Assembly: GCA_963749535.1 (NCBI GenBank) | Contig: CAVVNF010000021.1 | Coordinates: 3,413-67,412 of the forward strand | Source: an uncultured Thermoleophilia bacterium | GTDB taxonomy: Bacteria; Actinomycetota; Thermoleophilia; RBG-16-64-13 | Length of the DNA: 64,000 nt | Reading direction: 5' to 3' | In this document: piece by piece, positions 9,335 to 19,610 of the stretch | Layout of the letters: the number at the start of each line of letters is the position of its first letter | Position numbering within the stretch: position 1 is the stretch's first letter | Translations under genes and position numbers: made by a program | The notes under the pieces: model-generated | Seen by the model: only the letters and a program-made list of their open reading frames with translations | Told to the model about the DNA's origin: nothing | The model's database searches: none

Positions 9335-10220
9335 ATTTGGCTCTTCCTTCCCTCACGCCCTTCATCATTTCTTCGCCGCGGCCGAGGTGCATGTGGAGTT
9401 CCTCCCAGTTGGAGACTCCCCGGCCTTTGACTGTGTGGGCGATGATGACTTTGGGCTTGTTGTCGCCATACTGCTTGGCCACCAGGTCGAGTGCATCGAG
9501 GATCTGGCGCAGGTCGTGCCCGTCGATCTCGTATACCGACCAGCCGAAGGCCTTCCATTTGTCGACCAGCGGCTCGATGGGCATGATGTCGTTAGTGGGG
9601 CCGTCGAGCGACCATTTGTTGTAGTCGACGATGCCGATCAGGTTGTCGAGCTTGAACTTCGCGGCGAACATGGCCGCTTCCCACACCTGACCCTCGTGCA
9701 TCTCGCCGTCGCCCATGATGCAATAGGTGCGATAGCGCGGGTTGTAGCGCACGATGTAACGGGGAAGGAACGTGTCCTGCCGCGAGGGCGGGTTGTACTT
9801 CATCTTGAGCTTCTCGGCGAGGGCGAGCCCGGCCGCAAAGGAGAGTCCCTGTCCCAGCGAGCCGCCGGAGAAGTCGATGCCCGGCGTGCACCAGCGGTCG
9901 GCGTGCCCCTGAAAGGGCGACCCGTAGCAGTAATAGGTACCAAGCGTCTCCTCCGGATACATGCCGAGCTCAACGAGGGCCGCGTAAATCGCCTCGCAGC
10001 AATGGGCCTTCGACATGATCAGGCGGTCCCGTTCCGGCCAATCGGGATTCTTGGGATCGAACTTGAGATGATGGAAGTAAAGCGCCGAGACGATCTCAAG
10101 GACCGACATCGTGCCGCCGACATGGCCCTGGCTGAACGTGCAGAACTGCGTCAGACAGTGGTTGGCCAGAATCTTGGTCCTGGCCTCTAGTTCCTGTACG
10201 AGGGCATCGTTATGACCCAT
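9318..10220 (-). CDS. transketolase, N-terminal (thiamine-diphosphate-binding) subunit
   Basis: 300-aa ORF with a ThDP motif (IMGDGEMHEGQVWEAAMFAAKFKLDNLIGIVDYN) and SKAHCCEAIYAAL. Confidence 0.85.
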   Translation of the reverse strand: MGHNDALVQELEARTKILANHCLTQFCTFSQGHVGGTMSVLEIVSALYFHHLKFDPKNPDWPERDRLIMSKAHCCEAIYAALVELGMYPEETLGTYYCYGSPFQGHADRWCTPGIDFSGGSLGQGLSFAAGLALAEKLKMKYNPPSRQDTFLPRYIVRYNPRYRTYCIMGDGEMHEGQVWEAAMFAAKFKLDNLIGIVDYNKWSLDGPTNDIMPIEPLVDKWKAFGWSVYEIDGHDLRQILDALDLVAKQYGDNKPKVIIAHTVKGRGVSNWEELHMHLGRGEEMMKGVREGRAKYGDVE

Positions 10221-10413
10221 GGGTGGCCCGTTTCTTGATCTGGATCTTCACGGAGGTCTGCGATAAGGCGGCTCCGCATCGTGGACAGGCCTCGTTATAT
10301 GCGGCCAGAACGGCCGCTTCATCGGGGATGGCGCGCATGTAGAGACGTCGCTTAATCTCCTCCCCGAAATACAGCAGCATGCCGCAATTGCCGCAGGTGA
10401 TCTTTTCACTCAT
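10210..10413 (-). CDS. small zinc-ribbon protein
   Basis: 67-aa ORF with two CxxC pairs (CGNCG ... CPRCG). It overlaps the transketolase N-subunit start by 11 nt. Confidence 0.6.
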   Translation of the reverse strand: MSEKITCGNCGMLLYFGEEIKRRLYMRAIPDEAAVLAAYNEACPRCGAALSQTSVKIQIKKRATHGS

Positions 10414-10474
10414 TCCGTGACCTCACTTTGCGCTTGACCTTACTCGGGGTGTAGCACTCAAAGCTTGACCGGCA

Positions 10475-11494
10475 TCAGGGCTTCACCAGGATCTTGATGG
10501 CCGTGCTGGTCTTCCGGCCGGCGAGGGCGCGGTCGATCCCCTCTAGGGGAACGATCTCGCTGAGCAGCGGATCGAGATCGAGCTTGGACAGGAGCTTCAC
10601 CGCCCGGGGAAACAGATAGGGTGCCAACGTGGTCGAACGCAGGGTCAACTCGTTCGCGAACAGGTAGTACGGCGTGATGGCCAATTCGGCTTCCTCTGGG
10701 TAGACGCCTGCCCAGACAACGGTGCCGCATTTGTCGGCCAGACCGATGCACTCCTTGGCGGCGGTCAGATTGCCGCTGCACTCGAAGACCGTGTCAAAGC
10801 CCCGGCCCTCGGTGAACGCCCGAGCGGTGGCTCGCACGTCCTGGCTCAGCGGATCGACGGTCCAGTCCGCTCCGAGCCTCTTGGCCAGTTCCCGCTTCTC
10901 TGGCATCGGGTCCGATACGAACACGCAGGCCGCTCCCGCCCGCATCGCGATCTGCATGACCAACTGGCCGATCGTCCCGCCGCCACTGATAGCTACGGTG
11001 CGGCCGGGGATGACATTCCCTTGGTCCACACAATGCGCGGCGATCGTCACCGGCTCCAGGAACGCGCCATGCTCGAGGCTCAGTTCGTCCGGCAAATCGT
11101 AGACGGCCGCTTCTCCGTAGATCGCATACTCGGCGAAGCCCGCTTCGTAATTGGTGATGTGCTCGCATTGATGCTCCCGCATCGAGCGGCAGTAGTAGCA
11201 TTTGCCGCAGTAGGTGCGGAAGTTCATCGCCACGCGCTGGCCTACCTCGTGCTCCCCCACCAGGCCGGGACCGAGCTCCACGATCACGCCCGAAGCCTCG
11301 TGGCCCACCGTAAAGGGCGGCTTCGGCCACCATGGCTCTTTCAGGAGGCCGAACGAGCCATCGTAGATGTCAGGATCGCTGCCGCAGATGCCGCAGTAAG
11401 CGATCTTGACCTTGATCTCGCCCGGACCCGGAGAAGGTTCCGGCACCTCCTCCACCCTGACGTCATAGGGAGCGTATTGACGAGCTGCCTTCAT
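10475..11494 (-). CDS. zinc-dependent alcohol/polyol dehydrogenase (MDR family)
   Basis: 339-aa ORF with a catalytic Zn motif (GHEASGVIVELG), structural Zn cysteines (CGKCYYCRSMREHQC) and a Rossmann motif (ISGGGTIGQLV). Confidence 0.85.
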   Translation of the reverse strand: MKAARQYAPYDVRVEEVPEPSPGPGEIKVKIAYCGICGSDPDIYDGSFGLLKEPWWPKPPFTVGHEASGVIVELGPGLVGEHEVGQRVAMNFRTYCGKCYYCRSMREHQCEHITNYEAGFAEYAIYGEAAVYDLPDELSLEHGAFLEPVTIAAHCVDQGNVIPGRTVAISGGGTIGQLVMQIAMRAGAACVFVSDPMPEKRELAKRLGADWTVDPLSQDVRATARAFTEGRGFDTVFECSGNLTAAKECIGLADKCGTVVWAGVYPEEAELAITPYYLFANELTLRSTTLAPYLFPRAVKLLSKLDLDPLLSEIVPLEGIDRALAGRKTSTAIKILVKP

Positions 11495-11495
11495 G

Positions 11496-11957
11496 CTACG
11501 GCTCCCGCAATTCGATGGCGAGATTCCCGATGTCTGAACCCTCGAAGTAGACGAAGCCGGGCTGACCCGGCACGATCGAACTGCACCACACCTTCGCTCC
11601 CCGGGCCGTGGCTCTATCGATCTCGGCCTGCAGGTGAGTGGTCAACCAGCCAATGTGGTGGAGACCCTCGCCTTGAGAGTCAAGACTCTCCTTCAGCGCC
11701 TGGTCGCCCTTGTAAGGCTCGAGCAGTTCGAGTTCGATCTCGCCCATCTTGGCGTTGCTGATCTTCGTGGTCCACTCCGCTGGCGTGCCGTGAAGCTCGC
11801 CTTTGAAATCGATCGCGAACACCTTGTGCTCGTCGTCGAACCTAAATGGGCCGAAGCCGAGCGACTCCAGGTGAGCTATGGCTTTGTCGATGTCCTTCAC
11901 GACCACGCCCACGTGATGGGGCCGGGTGTTCTGGAACGATCGCTCTATTTCAGACAC
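11496..11957 (-). CDS. VOC (glyoxalase/dioxygenase) family protein
   Basis: 153-aa ORF with HHVGVVVKDIDKAIAHLESLGF and GEGLHHIGWL, typical paired VOC modules. Its stop lies 1 nt from the ADH start. Confidence 0.75.
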   Translation of the reverse strand: MSEIERSFQNTRPHHVGVVVKDIDKAIAHLESLGFGPFRFDDEHKVFAIDFKGELHGTPAEWTTKISNAKMGEIELELLEPYKGDQALKESLDSQGEGLHHIGWLTTHLQAEIDRATARGAKVWCSSIVPGQPGFVYFEGSDIGNLAIELREP

Positions 11958-12261
11958 AGAGAGTCCTCCTCTCCCTATGACGCGGTTAACAGGAATTCGC
12001 CTACGCGAGAGGTGTCGGCGCGTCTTTCTGCGAGGGACCGCGACAAGTGAGACTGCGGCACGCGCCTCAAACCCATCGGTACCCGCGATCTACCGTGGTG
12101 CCATGGGGGGGTAGAGCCTTGAAATGCAGCTGACCGTGGCCTCGCTCGCCGATGCGATCGACCACACCTCTCGGCTCATTGCCGTCGCAGACGAGGTGAT
12201 CAAAGCTTGCATATGACCCGTCCCACCGCCGGGTGACAGCCAGCGGACTGCGGCTGCACTC

Positions 12262-12987
12262 TCACAGCCCCAGGTAGGCCTTCCGAATGTGCTCGCTGTC
12301 CATGAGCATACTGCAGGCGCCCTTGAAGGCGACACGGCCGTTCTCCAGCACGCACGCACGATCGGCGATATTCAGAGTCTGCCGCACGTTCTGCTCCACA
12401 AGGAAGATAGTGATCCCTTGGTCGCGGAGCAGCTTCACGATCTGAAAGACTTCTGTGACTACTTTGGGCGCCAGTCCGTTCGAGGGCTCGTCGATCATGA
12501 CGAGCTTCGGCTTGGACATGATGCCGCGGCCCATCGCCAGCATCTGCTGCTCGCCCCCGCTCAAGGTCCTGGCAAGCTGGCCGGCGCGCTCCTCTAGCAG
12601 GGGGAAAAGCGCGAAGACCTGCTCCATGGTCTTGTGCCGTTCTTTCCACGACCGTGAAGGGTAGGCGCCCATCTCGAGGTTCTCGCGGATAGACATGTCG
12701 GTGAACAATTTACGGCTCTCAGGAATGTGTGAGAGCCCCATGTCGACGATCTTGTTGGGAACAAGCCCGTCGATTCTCTTTCCCATGAAGGTCACAGTAC
12801 CGGAAGTGGGCCTGAGCACGCCGGAAATGGTCTTCAGCAATGTGCTCTTGCCCGCGCCATTCGCTCCGACGAGGGCGACTATCTCGCCTTCCTCAACGTC
12901 GAAGCTGACGTCCCAGAGGACCTGCACCCGGCCGTAAGCGGCACTAAGACCGTCGACTTCAAGCATTGGCATGGACTTCTTCCCCAA
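12262..12987 (-). CDS. livF: Liv-type (HAAT family) ABC transporter ATP-binding protein, LivF-like
   Basis: 241-aa ORF with Walker A (GANGAGKST), signature (LSGGEQQML) and Walker B (LVMIDEP). Confidence 0.85.
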   Translation of the reverse strand: MGKKSMPMLEVDGLSAAYGRVQVLWDVSFDVEEGEIVALVGANGAGKSTLLKTISGVLRPTSGTVTFMGKRIDGLVPNKIVDMGLSHIPESRKLFTDMSIRENLEMGAYPSRSWKERHKTMEQVFALFPLLEERAGQLARTLSGGEQQMLAMGRGIMSKPKLVMIDEPSNGLAPKVVTEVFQIVKLLRDQGITIFLVEQNVRQTLNIADRACVLENGRVAFKGACSMLMDSEHIRKAYLGL

Positions 12988-13696
12988 GATAGACTTCGAT
13001 GACCTTTTCGCTCTTCGCTATTACCTCGGGCGTGCCGTCGGCTATCTTGCGCCCGTGGTCGAGCACGATGATGCGGTCGCTGATGTTCATGATCGCCTGC
13101 ATCACGTGCTCGATCATAATCACCGTGATCCCGCTCGTCCTGATCTCCCTGATGTCCCCCATGGCCTCGGATATCTCGGTAGCCGTCAGGCCCGCCATCA
13201 ACTCGTCGAGCAGCAACAGCTCCGGCTGGGAGGCAAGCGCGCGAGCGACTTCGAGACGTTTCTGGTTGGCCAGGGTGAGATCGCCGGCCGGAACATCCTT
13301 CAGAGGCGTCAGGTCGACGAACTCGAGGGTTTCCTCAGCCTTCTTGAGAGCCTCGCGCGAACTCATTCTGTGACCTGTCCCGAAGAGCGCCCCGACCATG
13401 ACGTTCCTCACCACGGGGACATGGGGGAAGATCTTGACCGTCTGGAACGTGCGGGCGATGCCTAGGCGGCAGATCGCATAGGCGGGCAACGGGGTGATGT
13501 CGCGTCCCTTGAATGTGATCTTGCCCGGCTTCGGCTTCAGCGCTGCCGAGATGAGGTTGAAGAGCGTCGTCTTGCCGGCGCCATTAGGCCCGATAAGTCC
13601 CAGTATCTCGCCCTGGTCCGCGTAGAAGTCGACGTCAGCCACCGCGGCCAGGCCGCCGAAATACCGGGTAACCCCTTCACCCTCAATCAGGTGCAC
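12959..13696 (-). CDS. livG: Liv-type ABC transporter ATP-binding protein, LivG-like
   Basis: 245-aa ORF with Walker A (GPNGAGKTT), Walker B (LLLLDE) and the LivG-type C-terminal extension. Confidence 0.85.
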   Translation of the reverse strand: MHLIEGEGVTRYFGGLAAVADVDFYADQGEILGLIGPNGAGKTTLFNLISAALKPKPGKITFKGRDITPLPAYAICRLGIARTFQTVKIFPHVPVVRNVMVGALFGTGHRMSSREALKKAEETLEFVDLTPLKDVPAGDLTLANQKRLEVARALASQPELLLLDELMAGLTATEISEAMGDIREIRTSGITVIMIEHVMQAIMNISDRIIVLDHGRKIADGTPEVIAKSEKVIEVYLGEEVHANA

Positions 13697-14634
13697 GTCG
13701 ACCTCCTCTGATCATGCGCCACAATTGCTGCGCCAGCCCCAATATGCCGTTTGGCATGAACAGTATGGCTAGGATCAGGACCACACCGAAGATGAGCAGG
13801 AAAAGATCGGGGAAGTGAGTCAAAAGATAGTCCCCCAGGTAGGTGAACACGCCGGCGCCGATCACGGGTCCGACCAGGTTGCCCATGCCGCCGAACATGG
13901 CCATGAGCACCGGCAGGAACGACCCGTTCAAGTTGAACGCGAGGCCTGGATCGATGTACGAGCGGCGGGTCGCGATGATGGCCCCCGCCATGCCCATGAA
14001 GAACGCACTGGCCGCGAAAATGAGGATCTTAGTCCGGACGACATTGATACCACTATGTGCCGCCGCCTCTTCGTATTCGCCGATGCTCTGCAGCGCAAGG
14101 CCGTAACGTGAGCGCCGGATCAGGGTGGCAGCCACCAGCGTCAGCACCAAGACAATGAGCATGGCATAGTACGCGACGTTCGTGCTTTCCTGCTGAACGA
14201 AACGTCCTCGTGTCCCCGTCACCAGGCGCTCGACCTCGAGTACAACGTTGTTGACCAGGAGTACGAGTGCGAAGGTGAAAATGGCGAAGTACACACCCCT
14301 GAGCCGTAGCGTCAGCGCACCGACCAGCAAAGCCATAATGAAAGCTATGGCGCCGGAGAGGATGATGACCACCACGAAGGGAAGGGGGCCGTTGAAAACG
14401 GCCGCCGATATAGAAGCCCAGACCGAAGAAGGCGGCGGTCGCGAGAGACATGTACCCGGTAGGGCCGGAGAAGATCACCCAGGCGACAGTCAGGATCGCG
14501 TACCTGAGGATATCGGTGAGCTCCGTTATCCAGTAGCCGTTGTAGAACGTGGGAAGCAGCGCGAGCACCACGAAGATGGCCGCGAGTACTGCCAGAGAAA
14601 TGATCCTGCTCTTGGTGAAAGTGTTGTTCTTCAT
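13683..14634 (-). pseudogene. livM: Liv-type ABC transporter permease, LivM-like (one frameshift as assembled, ~14400)
   Basis: N-terminal part is in ORF 14053..14634 (MKNNTFTKSRIISLAVLAAIF...FFGLGFYI). The rest is in ORF 13683..14375, whose frame reads AAVFNGPLPFVVVIILSG upstream. Together they make one continuous LivM-like permease. Confidence 0.75.
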
Positions 14635-14636
14635 GG

Positions 14637-15500
14637 CTACTTACCCAGGATCCCTTTTGGCCTTGCCAGCAGCAGCACGATGAAGATGGCGTAGTAGGCG
14701 ATGAAGGTCATCGTCGGCTGGAAATACGTGACGATCTGCGACACGATCCCCAAGATGACGCCGCCGATGATCGCCCCTGTGATGCTGCCCAGGCCCCCCA
14801 GCACGACCACGATCATCGCGATGACAGTGTATTGAAGGCCCATGCTCGTATCGATCGCCAACACCGTGCTGATCAGGCTACCGGCGATGCCGGCCATAGC
14901 CAAGCCCAATCCAAAACAGATCGCCAGCACGCCGTTGATGTTCACGCCCATCAGTCCGGCCGTGGTGGGGTCCTGCGCAGAGGCGCGGATGGCCTTGCCC
15001 ATGCGCGTACGGGCCAGGAAGACGTAGAAAGCCACCGCTACGACGATCGACGACCCCCAGGGCCACCAACCGGTTGAGCGGGATGTCGGCGCCGGTCACG
15101 TTGCGACTCAAGAACAGGACCTGGTGGGTCTGAGAGCCCCAGATTATCCGGGCTAAGTTCTGTACGACATAGAGCAGCCCGAACGACGCCAGCATCGACG
15201 CACCTTCGAAAACGTCGAGCGAGGGGGCATTATGCCATCAAGCGCCGGAAAAGAGTCGCGTGAAGGAACCAGCCGATCGCAAAGATGAGGGGAGCGGAGA
15301 CCACGAGAGTCAGCGAGTGCGTTGAGGTTATAACTGCTCGTGAGCCAGAACGTGATGAAGGCCCCGAGCATGATGAATTCGCCGTGGGCGACGTTGAGGA
15401 CGCGCCCTACCCCGTACTCCAGACTCAACCCGACAGAGACCAGCGCGAAGATGCCTCCGAGTAACAACCCTGTGATGATGATGTCCCTGACTGCATCCAT
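14637..15500 (-). pseudogene. livH: Liv-type ABC transporter permease, LivH-like (about three frameshifts as assembled)
   Basis: Pieces run N- to C-terminal as follows. 15153..15500: [31 protein letters not shown] short frame ~15240-15330: [22 protein letters not shown]. 14878..15195: [32 protein letters not shown]. 14637..15035: AFYVFLARTRMGKAIRASAQD... Confidence 0.75.
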
Positions 15501-15624
15501 CCAATATCCTTTGTATGACTACATCCACAACAGGGGGCACCGGGGCGTGGCAGACGCGCGCCCCCGGTGGCCCGCTTCAGTTCAACTGCTGCTTCACGCT
15601 CTGCGGCAAATCTCCAACCGCAGC

Positions 15625-17046
15625 CTAGGTGGTGCTGCTCGTACCCGACTTGGTAGCATCCGCCCAGTTCGGTTTCGGATACCAGAGCTTGTCCGTCGAA
15701 CGCTTCGGCTTGTCGGCGACCTCGGGATAGTCATTCTGCCACTGGCCGATCTGGCCGGCATAGCACGAGTTGTCGAGGATCTGGATGGGGTTCATAAACA
15801 TGTTGTCGGTCATGATCGTCTTGTAGTGCGCTTTGCGCATGACCGCGGCGATCTTGGCCCGATCAAGGGTCGCGGCCTCTTCAATGGCCTGCTGGAAGAA
15901 CTCGAGCTCGGCCCTGTAGATCAATGGACCCCAGAAGTCGATATTCGCCGGACCGTTAACAAAGGCAACGAGCTTGTCGTAGTAGGCCTGGATGGCGGGG
16001 CTCTGCTTTTGGAGTCCATGCGCCTTCGAAGAAGATCCCGTCCATCCCGCCTTTGAAGATGTCGTAGACAGCCTGGGTGGAGGTGCCAGGACCTCCCAGG
16101 ATGGCCGGCGGGTTGTAGTTGAGCTGCATCATCGTCCCATAGGTCAGGATGTTCTCCGGCGGGTACTGGAAGGAGCACACCAGGTCCGGGTTCTCCCCCT
16201 GGATCTTCTTGATGATGCTCGACACGTCCTTGATGCCCGCCGGGACAGCGGTGCTGCTCGTCATCTTGGCGTTCAGCGGCGGCGTGCCGAAGAAGATCTG
16301 CGCCTGCGCGTTGTACTCGATGCCGTGCAGGTCGTCGATGTACATGATCGCAAACGACTTCATGCCCAATTCCGCCATGAGGTCCGCCATCACCGGCATC
16401 TGGTTATGGTCGGAGTAGTTGAGGAACTGGAAGACCCAGGGTAGTTTGCCCGCCTCCATCTGTTTCGACAGGGTGGTGGCGCCGCCCTCGGCGCTCATGA
16501 AGATGTACTGGTGGTCGTTCTGGAGGGCGGCCGACGCGAACAGGAACGCCGTACTGCACGGCGCGAACATGAAGTCGACCTTGTCCTGCTCCATGAGCTG
16601 AGTCTGGAGGCGCAGGCTCGTATCGAGGTCGCTCTGGTCGTCGTAGACCTTCATCACGATGGGCAGCTTCTTGCCGGCCACGTTGAGACCGCCGGCGTCG
16701 TTGACGTCCTTGACCCACAGCTTGTAGGCGGGGCCGAAGTGGGCCTGCTCGAAGATCGCGTTCACGCCGGTGATCGGACGGGCAGCGCCGATGGTGATCT
16801 GGTTTTGGGTCGGCGGGGTCGGGCCGGCCGCCACCGATGTGGTAGCAGCCCCCGGCGGCTGTGGTCGTCGGACCCGCAGCTGGTCGTAGTCGTGCCTCCA
16901 CCACAAGCGGCAACCAAGCCGCCCAAGCCGCCACCGACACCGACTACCGCGCCGGCTATCCCCGCGTACTTCAGGAACTCGCGCCGGCTGACCGCCTTAC
17001 CTTCGAGTAGACCTTGTTCTGTGGTTTCCTCGGGATTCATCTTCAT
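15625..17046 (-). pseudogene. Liv-type (Peripla_BP_6-like) ABC substrate-binding lipoprotein with Tat signal (two or more frameshifts as assembled)
   Basis: Signal peptide in 16762..17046: SRREFLKYAGIAGAVVGVGGGLGGLVAACGGG (twin-arginine motif plus lipobox). Body in 15956..16906: ITIGAARPITGVNAIFEQAHFGPAYKLWVKDVNDAGGLNVAGKKLPI... C-terminus in 15625..15924, whose frame reads SPAIQAYYDKLVAFVNGPANIDFWGPL upstream. Confidence 0.75.
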
Positions 17047-17194
17047 CGCGTAGCATCCTGTGGTCCCCCCTTCATGTTACTGACCCTTCTCAACGCGTCG
17101 CAAACCACGTAGCTAACCGCGCACCAGCGTGCTTCCGCACCCATGCCAACCGATCACCTCCCGCAGACTCTCCCCGCCTGTGTCTTGCCTGTGG

Positions 17195-18534
17195 TCACCG
17201 ATACCGACCGTACTCGTGGGCCGTGTCGATCATCGCGTGCAGGTTCTCGTCCTTGCCGCCATCAGCCACCGCGCCGATATCCAAGATGAAACCGCCGCCT
17301 TTTCGGGCGGAATCGATCAAGGCGCGCGTATAGTCGACTGTCTCCGCGGGCGTGCCGGCATAGATGAGGGAAAGGGGCACGTTGCCCTGGATGCAGGCCA
17401 CTTTGCCGATAGTCTGCTTTGCTCGGGCCATGTCGGTCTGGTCGAAGAGCCAGACCGTGCGAGCCTTCGGCAGGTCCATGATGGCCTCGAGCCGCGAGCC
17501 GTAGCGACCCTCCGCGAACAGGAACGGGATAGCGCCCTCTTCGATAAGGCCCAGAAGGACCGCCCTCAGAGTCGGCCAGTAGAACTTGTGGAACTGCTCG
17601 ATCGCTCATGAAGCCGTCCGCGCCCTTGTGAAGCGGGATGAAGACCACCGGAGTCTGCAGCTGCCCGGGACGCTTGAAGACGAAATCGATGGCCACCGGC
17701 ACGAGCCGCTCGCATGCTGCCAGGACCTTCTCCGGCCGGCGGTAGAGATCCGTGACCACACCGCGGGTGCCGCGCAGGCTATCGCCCAGGATGTCGAACG
17801 GGGCCTTAGTCGCCCCTCCGAAGTAAGCAGGAAAGCCCAGGCTCATGAGTTCGCCGATCTTTGCGAAGGTGGCCTGGGCCCAGCCACCGACGTCACGGGA
17901 TGCGGAGGCTAACCTTTCCAGCCCATCCGTCATCTCCGGGGAGCCCCACCCGCCCATGTGACCCGACACGAAGGGCAGCTCGACAAAATCGAAGAAGGAG
18001 GAGAGCCCGGCGAAGCCGGCGAAGGCGCCAACGGTACGGGGCAGATACGTGCGGAGCATGTAGTCCGAGGGATCGGAGATCAGATGATCGTATTCCTCGG
18101 GCAGCATCCATTCTTTCTCGTTGTACTGATAGCTGGACTCCTTGGCAACGCCATGACCAGGCCAGGAATAGAGCTTGTAGTCCAAAACCTCGAAGACCGA
18201 GGCGGGAGTCGTGTAAAGGAGCGGGCTGACCATGGCGTCCGGCTGGAACTCCAGGTTGAAGTCCACCCACGCCTGCGCCGCCGCGGGCGGCATCGTGCAT
18301 GGCTTCGTACGGAGTCATTCCGGCCCTGGCAGCCGGCCACCAGCCGGACGTGATGCTTACGGGCACGCAGTCGGGCTCACGGAGCTCAATCGCGGCCAGC
18401 AAACGGTCCACCCGGGCCTTGTAGGTGGCTTTGGCTTCAGGAGTGGCGAACTCCACCTCCGGGTTTCGCCAGCCCTCGATCCGCGAGGCGAGCCTCTCGT
18501 CGGCGGTCATCTCCGCCCAGGGTTTCTCAGCCAC
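17195..18534 (-). pseudogene. URO-D family, ~445-aa corrinoid-dependent methyltransferase-like protein (two frameshifts as assembled, ~18295 and ~17607)
   Basis: N-terminus in 17893..18534 (MAEKPWAEMTADERLASRIEGWRNP...). Middle in 17262..18293 (QAWVDFNLEFQPDAMVSPLLYTTPASVFEVLDYKLYSWPGHG...PLHKGADGFMS). C-terminus in 17195..17479, whose frame reads EQFHKFYWPTLRAVLLGLIEEGAIPFLFAEGRYGSRLE upstream. Its start lies 3 nt after the stop of the upstream corrinoid protein gene. Confidence 0.7.
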
Positions 18535-18536
18535 GG

Positions 18537-19172
18537 CTACCTCACCCCCACAGTCTCTTTGGCGAAGGCAACGGCAGCCATGGCGTCGTCGCCATAGGCG
18601 TCGGCCCCGGTGTACTTGCGCACGGTCTCGTCCATCTGGCCGCCGCCGATGATGACTTTCAACCCTTTGCGCAGCCCAGCCGCTTCCACCTGTTCGATGG
18701 TGGACTTCATGGAGTCAAAGGCGACCGAGAGGAAACCGGAGAGGGCCAGCACCTGAGGATGATGCTCGTCCACCGCGCGTACGAAGTTCGCCTCAGGCTG
18801 GTCGATGCCGATGTCGTAGACCTCGAAGCCGTTCACTTCCAGCATGAAACCCACGATGTCTTTGCCGATATCGTGGATGTCGCCGCGCACGGTGCCCAGG
18901 ACCACCGTCCCCAGCTTGGCTGTAGAGGTTTGCTGGGCGGCAAGCAGCGGCTTGAGGATCTCCCCGATCTTCTTGAGCATCTCGCCGCTCATGATGAGCT
19001 CGGGCAGGAAGTAGGTGCCTTCCTGGTAGCGCTCCCCCACGAGCTGCATAGCCTCAGAAGAGAGGTCCAAAATCGTGTTCGGGTCTTCTCCCCTGGCCAA
19101 CATGTCGTCAACGAGCTTGAGCGCTTCCTGCTCTCTCATGTTGGCCATCGCTTCAACCAGTTCGTGGGCCAT
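18537..19172 (-). CDS. cobalamin-binding corrinoid protein (MtaC/MtvC-like)
   Basis: B12-binding cap plus Rossmann domain with DxHxxG (GTVRGDIHDIGKDIVGFMLEVNGFEVYDIGID). I place the start at ATG 19172 (MAHELVEAMANM), preceded by AAAGGAG. The track ORF extends to 19226. Confidence 0.85.
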   Translation of the reverse strand: MAHELVEAMANMREQEALKLVDDMLARGEDPNTILDLSSEAMQLVGERYQEGTYFLPELIMSGEMLKKIGEILKPLLAAQQTSTAKLGTVVLGTVRGDIHDIGKDIVGFMLEVNGFEVYDIGIDQPEANFVRAVDEHHPQVLALSGFLSVAFDSMKSTIEQVEAAGLRKGLKVIIGGGQMDETVRKYTGADAYGDDAMAAVAFAKETVGVR

Positions 19173-19293
19173 CGTGGCTCCTTTCGCGCGCAAAGCACTA
19201 CGCTCAACCGGGCCAAACCGATCCATCCGAACGTGAAGTCCCCCCCGGGACTGACCCGATCATCCGCCCCGCAGCGGGTGGGTCGATTTCCGA

Positions 19294-19334
19294 CTATACA
19301 AGACGCTGGGAAGTTGCGCAACCAACTTGTATAG
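19294..19334. promoter_or_regulatory. 41-bp nested palindrome in the divergent corrinoid / gntR intergenic region (candidate GntR/HutC operator)
   Basis: CTATACAAG (19294-19302) and CTTGTATAG (19326-19334) are exact inverted repeats. They flank the perfect palindrome GTTGCGCAAC (19313-19322). The GT-TA-AC-type core is typical of GntR-family operators. Confidence 0.4.
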
Positions 19335-19610
19335 ATGATATTGTGCTATCGATGGCGTCGGATAGATAGTTAACCTGACGGCATGCGCATCGGTCCGGAG
19401 TTCCACATGGATTCGCGCTTTGGTGACCGGATTGTAAGTACATGTGAAGCACGTGGATCATCATATGGTCGCTCTGCATTCGGGCGGTTGTCGCGCTCCG
19501 GATACCTGTTATAGTCCGCCCGTAGCAGGCTCCGCGGCTCATGCAGCATCGGCCGTCCGCTCTTCCTGGGGCCCAAATCAAAGGGTTGTTGCCAAGATGA
19601 GGTTCTCGGC

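Noticed and set aside
8135-10190. Very long ORFs antisense to, or overlapping, well-supported genes. Examples: 8135..9430 and 8796..10190 (+); 808..1890 (-); 30746..31678 (+); 34960..36114 (+); 35852..37054 (-); 40794..41849 (+); 42340..43209 (+); 54358..55512 (+); 60704..61756 (-).
   Set aside because: Their products are Arg/Ala/Gly/Pro-rich and low-complexity, with no motifs. They lie opposite genes with clear family signatures. These are typical shadow ORFs of high-G+C DNA.
12100-12261. VOC-like fragment (SFDHLVCDGNEPRGVVDRIGERGHGQLHFKAL) between livF and the VOC gene.
   Set aside because: It spans ~55 codons, has no start codon, and is bounded by stops. At best it is a relic.
19227-19610. 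Cobalamin riboswitch in the leader of the corrinoid protein gene.
   Set aside because: I could not find the conserved B12-box or the GGTG..AA.TCC / GCCACTG core on either strand.
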